DNA of 64,000 nucleotides, from positions 558,001 to 622,000 of the forward strand of contig LSRY02000018.1 of assembly GCA_001643675.2 (NCBI GenBank), written 5' to 3'. The stretch comes from Monocercomonoides exilis PA203 (Eukaryota; Protista; Preaxostyla). The position numbers and the translations under genes were made by a program. Numbering within the stretch: the first letter of the stretch is position 1; every line of letters starts with the position of its first letter. Below are positions 22,948-36,339 of this stretch, piece by piece. The notes beneath the pieces were generated by a model. That model had not been told where the DNA came from, ran no database searches, and saw nothing but the letters and a program-made list of their open reading frames with translations.

Positions 22948-25604
22948 TTGCTTTGTGAAATGAAAAACAGAGAAAATGACAGATTTGGAGAAGAAACAGA
23001 AGAAGAAGGAGAAGAGGAAGAGAATAGAAATAGAGGGAGGGAGAATATATGTGGGAAGAAGAGGGAAGAGGAACGAGAAGGGGGAGAGAATGAGAATAAA
23101 AAGGAAAGGAAATTTTTCATTGAAAATTCTCTTTCTGAGTTAATTCATTTCACAAACAGTCAAAACCCTCTTTCACACACATCTACACAGCCAGCTTCTA
23201 TCAAAAACATATCAAATGCTTTCACTTCGCCTTCTTCTTCTTTTTCTTCCTCTTCGTCTTCTTCTTTTAATTCTTCTTCTGTTTCTTCTTCTTCATCTTC
23301 TTCCTCCTCTCCTTCTCTTTCTGATTCTCCTACTCGTCTGTTCAGACATTCCACCTCATCACCCGAACTTCTTCTGCCTCCTTCCTCTTCTTCTTCCTCT
23401 GAACACGAGGCAATTCTGAAGAAGAGATTGGAAGCAGCGCCAAGTAATTTGAATGATTTGATTGAAAAACAACATGAAGAATGGAGAATAGAGAAGAAGA
23501 ACATGAGGATGATAGAGAAGAATGAATGAGGAAGAGGGAAAGGAAGAGAAAGAGGAAGAGAAGGAGGAAGAGGAGAAAGTAGAGGAGGAGGAGGAGGAGG
23601 AGGAGGAGGAGAAGAAGAAGAAGAAGAGGAAGAGGAAGAAGAAGAAGGAGAAGAAGAAGATAGTGAAATGAGCAGTGATGATGAAAAAGTCACCAAACGC
23701 AAAATATAGAAGAAGAAGATGGGAAAAGAAGAAGAAGAAAGAGAAGAAAGAGAGAAAAGGAGGAAGAAGAGGAAGAAGAGGAAGAAGAGGAAGAAGAGGA
23801 AGAAGAGGAAGAAGAGGAAGAAGAGGAAAATATAGAAATGAAAAGAAATGCAAAGCAGAAAGAAGAAAAATCACAAGTTAAAATTTCAATTTCAATTTCA
23901 AACAAAGAGGAAATGAATGAAAATGCTGGGCAACAAAGGAAATTAGATAGAATGCAAAGAGATACATTGAGTTCGCCTCCTCTTTCTTATTCTCTTTCTC
24001 CTTCTCCCTCTTTTTCTCCTTCTCTTTCTCTTTCATTTCATTCTTCTTCTTCTTCTTCTCCTTCTCCTTCTCCTTCTCCTTCCTCTTCCTTTAACTCCTC
24101 CTCCTCCTCCTCCTCCTCTTCTTCTTCTTCAACAGAACGGCGTGATGCTTCGCCTTCACTTTCAATGTCGCCTTCTTCTTTATCCTCTTCCACATCTTCA
24201 TCTTCATCAACATTCACTTCTTCTTTTTCTTCTTCTTCTTCTTCTTCCCCTTCACTCACCTCAGACGATTCTCCTTATTCTGCCTCACCTTCTGCCTCAC
24301 CTTCAGCTTCTTCTCCTTCTTCTTCTCCTATTCCATTGCAAACACCTCAATCACCTCAGTCATCTCAACCAATTCAATCTATTCAATCTATTCAATCATT
24401 AAATTCATTGCAATCATATCAATCATATCAATCACCACATGACCCTCACTCTTCCTTTGCAAAAGCTGACTCCACAGGCAGTTTGCTGCTGAGAGGCAAA
24501 GAGACTGCCACAAAGCACTCCTCAAAGGACACAAATGGAATACCCCCTTTCTCTCTCAATCAGTTCCATTCATCCACTTCCTTCGCTTCTTATCAGTCTA
24601 TGTTCCTGTCTGCCCCTTCAGCTGTGCCTGTGAAGGCCGTCCATGGAAGAACAAAGGGAGATGTGATTAATTCTCATCCTTCTGCTTCTTCTTCACAATC
24701 TTCGCATCCTTCTCAGCATCCCCACACCCAACAAAGCACATACCAGCATTCCTCTCTCAAGTCCTCCCTCCACTTTGATGAGCTGCAGTCTCATTCAACA
24801 TGCTCTTTCCTTTGCTCCATCAACAATTCTTCTTCTTCATCCTCTTCTTCTTCTTCTTCCTCATCCTCATCCTCATCCAAAAGACGTTCAATATTCCGTG
24901 AAAGGCGTCTTTTTCTGCAGTCATCGCGTGCCCCAGCTGCATCGCTTTATCTGCGTCTGCCGTCAGACGAGGTGGAAGTGCTGAGAGGAGTGACATCGCT
25001 CCTCCGGTTGATGAAGGCTGCTCTTTTTTCGCTTTCTATACTTGGCAAAGACAACAACAGTAACCGCAACATCAATAGAAGAAGCAGAAATGATGGAAGT
25101 TATAGAAATGATGAAATCACAGATTATCCTCTTTTTGCAGATGAAGATGGAAACTCGGCCAGACTCGATTGCCTTCTGCCATCTTCTGCTTCCTCAAAGC
25201 ACTTGGCAATTTTGGCAAAAGCGAGCGCAGGAAGATTGTTTGTTTCGCCAGGCAAAGCAGAGGGACAAACACATTTTCATTCGCAATCACAGACACTGAT
25301 AAAAACACAGAATCGCGCACAGTCAACCATATTCTCTCTGAAGAAGCGGGCAGAGTCGTTCACATCATCAACGTTTCCGAGCGAAGCGTCCCGCAGCAGG
25401 ATTCAGCTTTTGTGTGGGACTGTCCTTCCGTTTGACCCGTCTCTTCCGCGGGTGATGGCATTGGTGGATAGGAAGCATGTGCCGTGTGCCACACAAATCA
25501 CAAGCAATTCGCTTGTCCTCTGGAAAATCCAGTTACCTTCTTCAGATGCAAACCTTTTGTCTTCATCGAGTTCATTGGCTTCTTCTTTAAACACAGATTC
25601 ATAG
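22948..25604 (+). pseudogene. Ser/Glu-rich low-complexity hypothetical gene, interrupted
   Basis: 193-aa and 588-aa ORFs separated by a stop and a GAA/GAG microsatellite tract. No recognisable domain. Confidence 0.4.
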
Positions 25605-26622
25605 TATCTTTTGAAGAGAATCTCAATAACAAAACACATAACAAAGCATTCAGTCAAACATTCAGAAACCGACATCGAAGACTCTCATCTCAGCTATTCC
25701 AATAAAAAAGGTAGAGGCAGATCAAATTCAATTCCTTTATTCAACAAAAAACATTCAACAGCAAATATTTCCTCTTTTCTTTTTCTTCTTCTTCTTCTTC
25801 CACATCTCCCACCCAAACCGTATCTGCTCCTTTTTCACCACCGCCCCAGATCAACTTCCTGCACATACGTATTCTTCCCCCACCGCGCCTTGTTCTTGCT
25901 GAGCCCCAACGGCTCCACCTCCACCTCCGTTCTGCCTGAGCTCTCTCCACATATAAAAACTCGCACCGTTCGCTCTATTACGAGCACATTCACACCACTG
26001 CTGCTGCTGCTACACAGCTTGCTCCGCTGTTCAGCTTCAGCGGCCCCGCTGCCCCAACATCCACCGCCAGCACTCCGCCTTCTTCGCTCTCTGGCGTTCC
26101 GATGTTCGACACATTCACCCCCCACAAACTCGCGCACCATCCCTGCCATTTCAATCACTGTCTCATTAAACATACTCGCTTTATTCTACAGCACGACGTA
26201 AGTGTTCCTAACCAGCAGCTCAAAGCCTGTGCCATGCAAAAGTTTTAACTCTTCCACATCGCATGACTCTGTTTCCACCTCTCACTCCAGACTGTTTAAC
26301 ACAACTTAATTATCCTACACATCCAGCGGCCCGCCTCATACAATAAGCGCATTCTCTACTCCATCTACAAACAGGTTAGATTCTATTCTCCTCAAATCAC
26401 ATATTTCACCTTTTTTTTTCTATTTTTACTCACTCATAATCCAGCGAATAAACTTCTATTTTCTTTCAAAATAAAAATAAATAGAATTCTCGATCTGTAT
26501 TTCAGTTTTTTGTTAAAGTTAAAAAAACTGGAAAAAATTGAAAAAAATTAAATTTACTAAATAACAAGAAATGATTAATTCGTATGTGTTCGTATTTAAA
26601 TATTGAAAATTTCCACCATACA

Positions 26623-29433
26623 TCAGAGACGAAGAAGAGCATTAAGTGTTCTGTCTGACAATTTGTGACGACGATCTCCTATTATTCTGCGAGCTTTAGA
26701 AAATATTCTCTCACAAAATGATTCACTGCAAGGAGAAGTTGTTATGCAGTAAGCTATGTTGGAGAATATTGTATGCATTTCGCTATATGAACAAAAATCC
26801 TGGTAGAAAATGTAACCATCTTCCTCAACGACATCATCCTTATCTTTTTTAAGCAAAAGTTCTTTGAGTAGTCTCAAACATTGAGCCTTTATTATGTGAT
26901 GATTTTCATTCAACATGTGATCCAACATAGCTCTGAAACATGCAACGATCCTACCAAACCAATCAGAAAATGTGTTATCCCAAATAGTCTTCAATGTTTT
27001 GTTTTCTATATCAATATTGCACACTTCAATTCTTCTGAAACGAGAAAATTTGCATATGAAATCCACATCGCTCTCGCTCTCGCTTTCGCTTTCTATTGTT
27101 TCTTCATTTCTCGTTCGTTCTTTTGAATTTGTTGTATTTTCTTTAATAATTTGTGCTCTTTCTGATTTGTCTTCTGGCAAACTGTCCGATTTTTCATTAC
27201 GTTGAGTAGTTTTTCTAGTGCTGTAGAAATTGATAAGATTTGTTTGATTGCATTCATACAGAAATTCATCATCCTTTTCTTCCTCCTCCACCAAAATCAA
27301 CCCAAACAAATCTTGTTCTTCAAAATCATCGGTTTCATATCGTTCATCAACTCCTTTTGCATTTTCCTGTAAACTTGAACAAAGCGTTGATATGAAACAA
27401 TATAATTCTTGAAGCTTTGAATTTGAAAACTCAATATTTTGAGTTTTTGCACGGTTTGTTGAATCAGAAGCAGTGAAAGCTGAAACAGTACAAGTCTCAC
27501 TTAATTCCCTATCCACTTTTTCAGAGTTTTCAAAAGCCTTTTGCAGTTTTTCTGTAGAAAGAAATGAAATGTCTTGAAAAAGATGGTCCGATAAAGTTTT
27601 GATATTAGGATTTTGTATTGAAAGAAATGGTGTTGAATCATGGAAAATGGAAAACGTGGGGAATGAGGAAATATTTGTGGAGGATGGGGAAGAAGAAGAA
27701 GATGATGAAGATGAAGAAGACGATGACGATGAAGATGACGATGAAGATGAAGAAGACGATGACGATGACGACGAAGGGGAAGAATGAATAGATAAGTTTT
27801 GATTCTGACACATAGATTCAGATGAGTCTTTGCTGCAAGAACGTGATCGAGATTCGCATGTTTTTTTGGCTTCATTAAAAATGTTTTTGGTAACTTTAAA
27901 AAAAAAATTATCAAGAAAAAAGAAAAATTTCAATTGTTTAATAAAAACATATGCTTTTCTTTGAAATACAAACGTTCTCTTGGGTCGCAAGTGAATTTAT
28001 GAGTTCGATGCTTATGTGATCCAATCGGTGTTAGTGCGTATGATGTTGCTATGAGTTGTCCAGAAAAATCACAAAGAGTGTAATTATATAACAGAATAAC
28101 TATATCTGTCAATGCGTTATGCCATTCTCCATCAACGAAATAAACATTTGTTGAAAAAAAATAAAACAAATTCATTGATTGAATAACAACAGGAAAGGCA
28201 TCTCCAAGTTTTGTCGATTCTTTTTCAAAAATCAGATGCATCGAATAAAGTGGATACAGCAACAATTCAGAAAGTGCAATTTCAAATATTTCTTTGTCTG
28301 AAAGCATTTTCGTTTTGCTTATTATTGATTGATTCTGCCTTATAAAGAAACAAATATTATACAAACACAGCCATCTTGTAGCAATAAATGTTGGGCATCT
28401 TTTTTTCAAACTGTTTCTGAAATTTGATAAATGTGCTTGCTGACTGAATTTAATAATCAATTCCTTCATTTGCTTCAGTTTTGCATTTTCTGAAAAAGCG
28501 TGACTGACAACCAAATTGATTAAATGATTAAGACATCTGACAAAAAATTGGTCTTGGATAATTATATGCACGTGATGAACCACACAATTCCGTCCAATCA
28601 TTTGTTGATATTCTATTCAAAGCCAAAACTTGTGGTTTCAGTCCATCTGAGCACCAAGCTCTGACAGAACATCCATAAGCACTCAACTCGGTCATTATTT
28701 CCAATCCTAAATTGAAATAATCGGATTCTGATCGACAACTTTAATACAATTTCCAAAAGATAGGTTTTGACGATTGATCCATCGTTATTAAGCCCACTGC
28801 AGTGTAGCCCACTCCCCCAACAACTCCTCCATCAATTACTATTCCTAGGGGATTGTTTGAAATAATTGAAATTGCTTTTTCAATTTTCTTTAAATTTGCT
28901 TCATGAAGCAGTTTGGTGACATTTCTCTCTGTGAGGCGAGGAAAAATATCTTCCCTATGCATGTGCGGATTATCTTGTGATGATTTTATTAGTGCAGAAA
29001 CAAAATCGTTAAATTCGTTTGTTGCTACAGAAAGAAAAGAAATATTACTATGGGCATCAATGTTGATGAAAGATTCAGTGAGCTCTCCTTTCAATGTTGT
29101 TTCAGAAGAGCTATTGTTTAACTTCGAATTAACTGACAGTGTTGATAAATTGGACTTCTGTGAAAAGAACAATGATATCTGATTATTCTGAATTAAATCA
29201 CATTTGTGATTATAAATCATTGAATAGTCCTTCCGACCCGTCACTCCACAAGCAACACCATCTTTCTCACATGGACACATGAAAAGTCTGTACAAATCCT
29301 TTTTCGAAGTTCTGTCTTTATACAAAGGAGCAAATGCAATAAACAATTTGTGATTCACGATGTCGAGAGTCGGTTTGGAAATGACCAATTCTTTCCGCTT
29401 TGGATGAAAATAACCTGTAAAAAAATATTGCAT
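26623..29433 (-). pseudogene. hAT transposase, lightly decayed
   Basis: IVIDGG (D1), RAWCSDG (D2), RCLNHLINLVV (CxxH), TRWLCLY, and the C-terminal dimerisation domain SESFCERIFSKARRIIGDRRHKLSDRTLNALL. One TAA (28743-28741) and one frameshift near 28550. An 80-nt intron (27973-27894) accounts for the other frame switch. Confidence 0.88.
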
Positions 29434-30129
29434 TTATAATAGATTAATTTCAACTAAAAATTAAATATGAAAACAGTTTGCGTATTCACCATTTTCTATT
29501 TTTTCGAGTTTGATCCATTCACATCTGTGTGATTTAAATATCTCCTCTGTTTTTTTAAATAGCTGAAACTATTTTGATCAAAATATTTATAAAAAAACAA
29601 TTGTTTAAAATAAAAAAAAATTAAAAAACTTTCATCAAACGATTTCCGGATTATCCAATGAAGAGGCAAACACATGTGAGGCATCCATGAATAACAAATA
29701 AATAAAAATTTCCAAATGCTTTATTATCTGAAAACACGTCAGTGACCGGCAGTGACGTGAGTGCCTTGGTATTTATACCACAAAAAATGATCACGACACA
29801 ACCCATTGTTCATATTAAAATAAAAAATGAACATTTTAAAAAAGAAAAGTGTTTGAAAATCCTTTTTATAATAGAAGGTGAATAAGAATTAAATATCAAT
29901 TTTTCTTTGCATTTCTTGTTTCAAATTGAAAAAAATCAATTTTTAATATGAGTGAATGTAATTTTTTTCTGTCACGTCACGTCACTTCAAAAATGTTCAC
30001 GTCAGAAGGCATGTGACGCAGACGCTTATTAAAGATTATAAAAGTCTGGTTTATTTTATTATTTTCATGATTGCGCATTCATTGCGGAGGGTCATGAAGT
30101 TATTTTTTCGAATATTCAAAAACTAATTG

Positions 30130-30930
30130 ACTTTAGAAAAATGGAGGCTTTGTGAACGGAGAACTGTACGAAAACATGTCTTGATTCAGATTTGATGGCA
30201 GCGATTGGTTTCTTAACTATTTTGGAAAAATCTGATATGTTTCTTTAATTGAAACATAACACAATATCATGAAAATATTTGCATGTGGATTGGGAAAAAA
30301 ACTATCCTTGTAGTGCCATCAGCAGCTGCCTCACTCAGCGGATTCCGGGATGCATTTCCTTAATCGAGATTCTCACAGGAAATATTTCAAAGGAAAGGAG
30401 TGTGGATTGTGATATTGAAGTTTATTCATTATGTGGCTAATGCAATTTGTTCTCAACAGCCACTTTTGAATTTGAAGCATCTGGCTTGTCTCTTTTTTCT
30501 GTCACAACAGGAACATCGACCTTTAATAACTTTTCACTTGCCAATTACTTTTCTTATGCAAATAATCAGGATTCAAAGCTGTTTGAGATAAGTGGTGAAG
30601 GAGAGATATTAATAATCGGATTGATCATATCTGCAGGAAGAGGTCAAATTTCAAAAACATCTTTTCCATCAAGGCTAATATTTATGCAGGATGGAGTGTT
30701 GCAGATGTGAAATGTGAAATGGACAAAGATCATAACAACAGTTTTATTATTTATTAAAAATTCAATGAGCAAATAGTTATTTATGATTTTTGAATACCAC
30801 TTTAGCTGGACCAAAATAACAACGATGAATTTGCCAGTTGTTATAGAAAGGAGAAAAACACTGACTCGCATACAGAAGGGATTTCCATTTTGAATTATTA
30901 ATGCATCTGATGAAGTTGACGAATACTGAA
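30130..30930 (+). pseudogene. Decayed fragment of the large CG..PC-repeat surface-protein family
   Basis: ACGLGKNYPC motif followed by beta-strand-rich segments (TFEFEASGLSLFSVTTGTSTFNNFSL). Multiple stops. Confidence 0.4.
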
Positions 30931-31039
30931 AAGTCAATATGTCACCAGAACAAACGCTGACATCGTTTAATGTCCGACCAGTATAGAATATTGTTGTTAT
31001 TGAGATAATAGAAACATTTCACATTTTTTATTATAAATA

Positions 31040-31435
31040 CAGATATCGCAAAAAATACCTAACATCGCACAAAATACCGGACAAGATCGATTTCACAATA
31101 ACTGCAAGAGGAATAATTCTAATTATTTTCCTCAAAATTTATCTCTTTAATTCAAACTCATTTGACGCATGAGATTTTCAAAATGGCCTCATTTGTGCCC
31201 AGAGAAAATAATTTTTAAAAATCTCTTAGTAACTCAAATTCCTATTTCTCCGAGATTTCAATAATAATTTTTTCTGAGCACAAATGAAAATGTTTTGTAA
31301 GTCTCGTTTATCAATTGAGTTTGTATTGATGAGATATATTTTAGGAAAATAATTAGAATTATTCCTCTTGCGGTTGTTGTGAAATCGATCTTGTCCGGTA
31401 TTTTGTGCGATGTCCGGTATTTTATGCGATATCTG
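31040..31435. mobile_element. Tc1/mariner-type MITE, 396 bp, almost entirely palindromic
   Basis: TA|CAGATATCGCA...TGCGATATCTG|TA. Arms pair over roughly 180 bp. The terminal motif ATCGCAnAAAATACC is duplicated in each arm. Confidence 0.88.
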
Positions 31436-31636
31436 TACCACTTCATGTTTTGTTCGCCAAACAAAACAGTTAACAAACCTCAAAATAGTTTCCTTATTTT
31501 TCTTTGATCAATTGACATTAATTAAATTATGGTGCAAATAAAGGTTCGCAAAGTTTCCTGACAAAAAATTAAAAATGAAAAATACGAAGATCAAAGGTTA
31601 GTAAATCCATATTATTTTTCAAACATTGAATTCAGA

Positions 31637-32635
31637 ATGCCAAGAATACTATCATTGAAAAAGCAACTGGAAATCAAAAGGCTTCATGCAAAAGGATTTT
31701 GTGGAAATGCTATTGCAAGAATGACAAAAACATCGAGAGAATCAGTCTCAAAATACATTAACACAAAAACACTTATCACACAAAGAATATTCAGGTGCAA
31801 ACCTGGGCGTCCAACATTTCTGACAAGAAAAAACAGATACATCGTCAAGAAAGCACTGAAAGAAAAATTGATACATAGGGCAAGAGATATCCCAAAGGTG
31901 ACAGGGATCCATTGCGGTCTTTCCACAGCACGATTACTGTTGCACAATATTCTGTCCAAATACACACTATGAAAAAAGAAACCATATGAATCGAATTATT
32001 CGAAACAACAGAGAAAGGACTTTGCAGAGCGCCATATGAGAGACGATGACAAATGGAATCATTCCTGTTTCGCAGATGAGAAAAAAGTCAACCTTGATGG
32101 ACCAGATAGCAGAAGGATGACATGGATTCCTTTAAATGACGCTATTTCCTTTGATCATCAAAGTCAGAAACCTCGTCAAAAACTTACGGAATGTGGAGCA
32201 GTTGATATGAATTTCAAAAGTGGTTTGTTAATATTTGAAAATACGATTAATTGAAATGATTATGTTAATGTTTTGAAACACGCTCCAAAACCACAAGCTG
32301 ATGCCAAGTGGTCCTTTTTCTGGAGATTCATTCATGATAATGCCCCTTTCCATAAATCAAAGCTCGTAAAAAAATACTGTGAAGACAATCGAACTCACAT
32401 TATTCCATGACCGCCGTACTCTCCAGATCTTAATCCAATTGAAATTGTGTGGAAAATGTTAAACGATAGGGTTTTCGAGGATGGAGTCCCAAAAACATCC
32501 ATAACTGAATTAAAAAATAGTCTGACAACAAATTGGAAAAGAAAACCTCAATTCATGATTAATAATTCAATTATGTCTATGTACGACAGATTGTCCGCAG
32601 TCATTGAAGCTAAAGGGAGTTACACGAAATATTAA
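31637..32635 (+). pseudogene. Tc1-like DD34E transposase with three in-frame TGA stops
   Basis: N-terminal HTH and PGRP motif, CFADEKKVNLDGPD, FIHDNAPFH, P*PPYSPDLNPIEIVW, with 34 residues between D and E. All pieces are in one frame. Tc1-like right end CACTG|TA at 32888-32894. Confidence 0.9.
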
Positions 32636-32899
32636 ATTATAATTCAAAATTTTTTGAATCTTTTTTTCAAGAATTTTTTTTTATTGAATACTTTTTGGAG
32701 TAATTTTAATATGATAAAAGTTCAATTTTTCATTTTATTTTCTTCACAAAAACAAATTGAAACAATTTTGATCATGTTGATGTTTGTTTATTGTTAAATA
32801 TCATTTAAACTTAAAGAAAAAAACGCAACATACAACAATTTGAAGAAAGAGGAATCAACTATGAAAAGGTCGGATAGTTTTCGTTAGCACTGTATGATA

Positions 32900-35500
32900 T
32901 CACGCAACGTCTTCATCACCTCATTTCTTCATCTTTTCTTGCACAGTTGCCATTCAGCGTAAACCACAGAAACATAGACGCATCTGTAACTCCCTTCACC
33001 GACTACATCAACTCAAACTCCCAAAAAAACATCAATTTTTTCCTCCCACATGCTCCTTCAAGCGCAAAGTTAATGCACATCCGACACATTCGGAACAACA
33101 ACTTCAGGAAGTCCTTTGACTTTTTCATCGGCTTCAAGTGCAGCTCACATTCAAACAGCACCGTGATTCAGTGCAGATAAATCGACAGCTAGCCTCCGGA
33201 ATATTCATGCGACACACACTTTCAAACTGCAGCACCTCCACAAAGTCTTTCCGAAACAGCTCCATCTCACAGATCATCGCCAACCAAGTTTCCTCTCTCT
33301 TCTTCTGATCTGCATTCTTCTCCCTAACCACATATGCACAAAGTCCCCAAGCCCTTTCCTCAGCATATCCTTCCCCACTCAAATCTTCTGATATGATGTC
33401 TCCGAATATCTCCTGTCTTCAGCGTCGTCAGCAGCCTCTCCATCGGGATAGACTTTTGACGCGTTTGTGGCAACTCAAACGCAGGTATCGTTTTGTATTC
33501 GACATGCACCATTGGAACAGAGGCCGTTATTATCGAATGCTTCATCATCATCTGTTCTTCCAGTAAAGATTCACCACCTGAATCAGAGAACTCAACCCCT
33601 TTCTCCACAACAGCGTTACAGATCATTCATCCTCTTAAATATCTCCGATATCTGTCATCTACTCAAAAAGCATGTGCAGCCTCTGCGCAAGAGTCACCTT
33701 CTCGACCACTTCCTTTCCACCAGCTTTTGCTTCTGTTGGAGCTGCAGAACACATCCAATACTCCTGCTCTCTCTTTGGTTCTTTGGGTAGTGACAGTGGA
33801 ATCTCAAAAAGTTCGCTCGCATCTCTTTCTTCATCATTTTAACGCTCCTCCGCTTCCTCATATTCTCCGCCTCCGTTTCTGTTCCTCTTCCTTTTCATCC
33901 TCGACCCATCCCTCGCACCTTCACACTTCTCCTCTGGCACGCATTTCCTTCCACTAACAAATTTTCCACTCCCAGTCAACTCTTCCAGCTCCTTCTCCTG
34001 CCCAACCAGCCATTCCATTGTCTCTTCATTCAACGCATTCATTTCTTAATGCTCCTGCTTTTTCACGCAAGTGTTGTCTTCTGATTCTCAATCACCTCCT
34101 TTAGCAGCATCTTCTGCTCGCTTGTTGCCCGCACGTGCACTTTCGACAGCTCCATCAGCATCGTCATTTTCCTTTTCTATCTTGTTCATCTTCTGCAGCG
34201 CCGTTGCATCTACTCTTCCACCACCTCCTCCACCATCGCAGTTTGTTTTTCCCACATCGTTCACCTCGCTTCACACTTTTGTAGAAACCTCCTTCCCATT
34301 CAGGTCTGGCCCAAGCATCACAGCGCTTCCATTTTTGATGATATCTGTTAACTTCTCCTGGCACTTTTCACACAGCCCCAACGGTTGAATCAACAAAGCC
34401 AAAGATTGAACCACCCGCCATTCGCACAAATTAATGAAGAAGATATGGCAATTGTGACCCTCGACCAGCTTGTTTCCACTTTCCTTCCACACTCACCACT
34501 CCTCCTTGCTGATCCCAGCACTTCTTCTCCTTCACCTCCTTCACTTTTTTCACTTCTGCGTTGTGCTTCTAGCTCACTCCAGAATCTTCATTTATTTATT
34601 TAGATGATCTTGTTCTTTTCCTGCAGCTGCTCAGCCAGCTCGCTCATCCGCTTCGTCTCCTTATCTCACATTTCGCCTTTTGCCTCATTTTCTCCTTTTT
34701 CTTTTCCAGCTTCTTCTTCTTCTTTTCATCACCATCCTTTTTCAATTTCTTCATTTTGAATTGCAAGTGCAATTGCTGTTGGAGGCAGAAACATATCCTC
34801 CATCTTCAACCCCTCAACAGATACCCCCATCTCCACAATCTTCCCCACTTCATTCACAACAACCACTTGCCACATCACTTCATCATCCAACTTTATCACC
34901 ACATACCTCTACTGAGATTATCGCTCACCGCGCAATCGTGGACGGAAACATCGACGGGTCAAACAGATCTTTGATTGATGGAAACGCATTCGCATCCATC
35001 TCCGCAAAGATCAGCTTGCTCCATGACTTCGTTCTCTCTGATGCTGCAAGCTTCAAATGCTGCACTGCCACCAGCTGAACAGAAAGCTTCGCAGAATGAT
35101 TTGCATCGTGGTTGGAAGCGACACACCAATGAAGCATTATTCACTGCTCCACAACATATCACTCGAAGCGTCTGCAGTTCCCTCAGAAACGACTTCACGT
35201 GATTTTCATACACCACTGATGCCATAGGAACCACAATTCGCAGAAACCTCTCGATATCATTCACAGCAGTTGCTTGCGTGAAAAACGCCTCCACGGTAAA
35301 TACGACCGAATGGTCAATTACAAGCGCTGATGATGAATGAACATCTCCTTCCATTTACTTCTCTTCGCTGCTCTACCTCCGAAATTGCGAAGTTGACCTG
35401 TGCGCTGGTCCCATTAAAGAAGACGAAGATGACGAACGCGCTTAGCGAAGAGACGATTTCTGCGCTTCCCTTGCTGTATTAAATTTGATGAGACATCTCC
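32900..35500 (-). pseudogene. Longest decayed copy of the orphan repeated gene family (copy 2)
   Basis: GC-richer coding-like block. Contains LSVQLVA..IFAEMDANAFPSIKDLFD..KLDDEVMWQVVVVNEVGKIVEMGVSVEGLKMEDMFLPPTAIALA and a Cys/His cluster GHNCHI..CE..GLCEKC. Confidence 0.6.
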
Positions 35501-36339
35501 CATCATTTCAGAAAGTTGTTCAACCAGAAGAGCTTTCAGCATCCACATTCGTTTAATAACACTCAACAAATTTAGGAAACATGCTTTTTTTCTTGCAATT
35601 TGAAAATATTGAAAAACGATATCTTTCGACACTTCTTTGAAATAAAATATAAAAAATGAAAAGAAAAGTGAAGAAAAGAAAAGAAAAAAAGAATAAGAAA
35701 AAAAAATTAAAAGAGACAAAAAAACATATGTGAATTATGTTCAAAATTTTTTTGAAAAGTTCATTTTGTAAAATTTGTATATGTCAAAATTTCTTTGAAA
35801 AGTGACATCAGATCAATAATTTGTCCCATGGTAGTTAATATTTAAACACTCCGTTACCATTATTCAAATGAAAAAATATAACCTTTGCAATAATGTTTGT
35901 TAGTTCATAACAAACTTCTTTATGAGAAGAAATACTCTTTTGCAAAAAATTATATATCAAATATATTGATCAAAATTTAAATATCAGTTTTTCAATGAAA
36001 AAGAGTATCATTTGATTGAACAACTTTGCAATTGTTTATTAATGAAATGAGCAAGGCGTGTTTCGATTTTTATTCCAGATAAACTTGATTTTTAATGTTA
36101 ATTCAAAATTTCATTTGAATAGTATATTTCTTTTGCTTTATGAGCCTGAACTCAACATGATTGCGAAGATAGAACACACATATACGAAGCATTTGTAAAT
36201 CGGATAAGATTAGTGGTTTCTATTTAATTTGAACAAATAAATTTTATTTTCTATTTATTATTCAATCATACTTTTTTTATAGAATAGTTCTCAGTTGATT
36301 GCCAACATTTGTTTTTTCAATTTCATTATAGACAAAGAT

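Noticed and set aside
22240-24400. CRISPR-like array, or real Arg/Lys/Leu-rich ORFs
   Set aside because: These are simple microsatellites (CTCTTT, GAAGAG, TCT) with no unique spacers. The overlapping ORFs are low-complexity shadows.
31637-32635. UGA reassignment or readthrough suggested by three in-frame TGA codons in the Tc1 ORF (one at the conserved Trp of WPPYSPD)
   Set aside because: Only one of the three sits at a Trp position. Intact genes use TGG for Trp, and TGA terminates the pogo ORF. Ordinary nonsense decay is sufficient.
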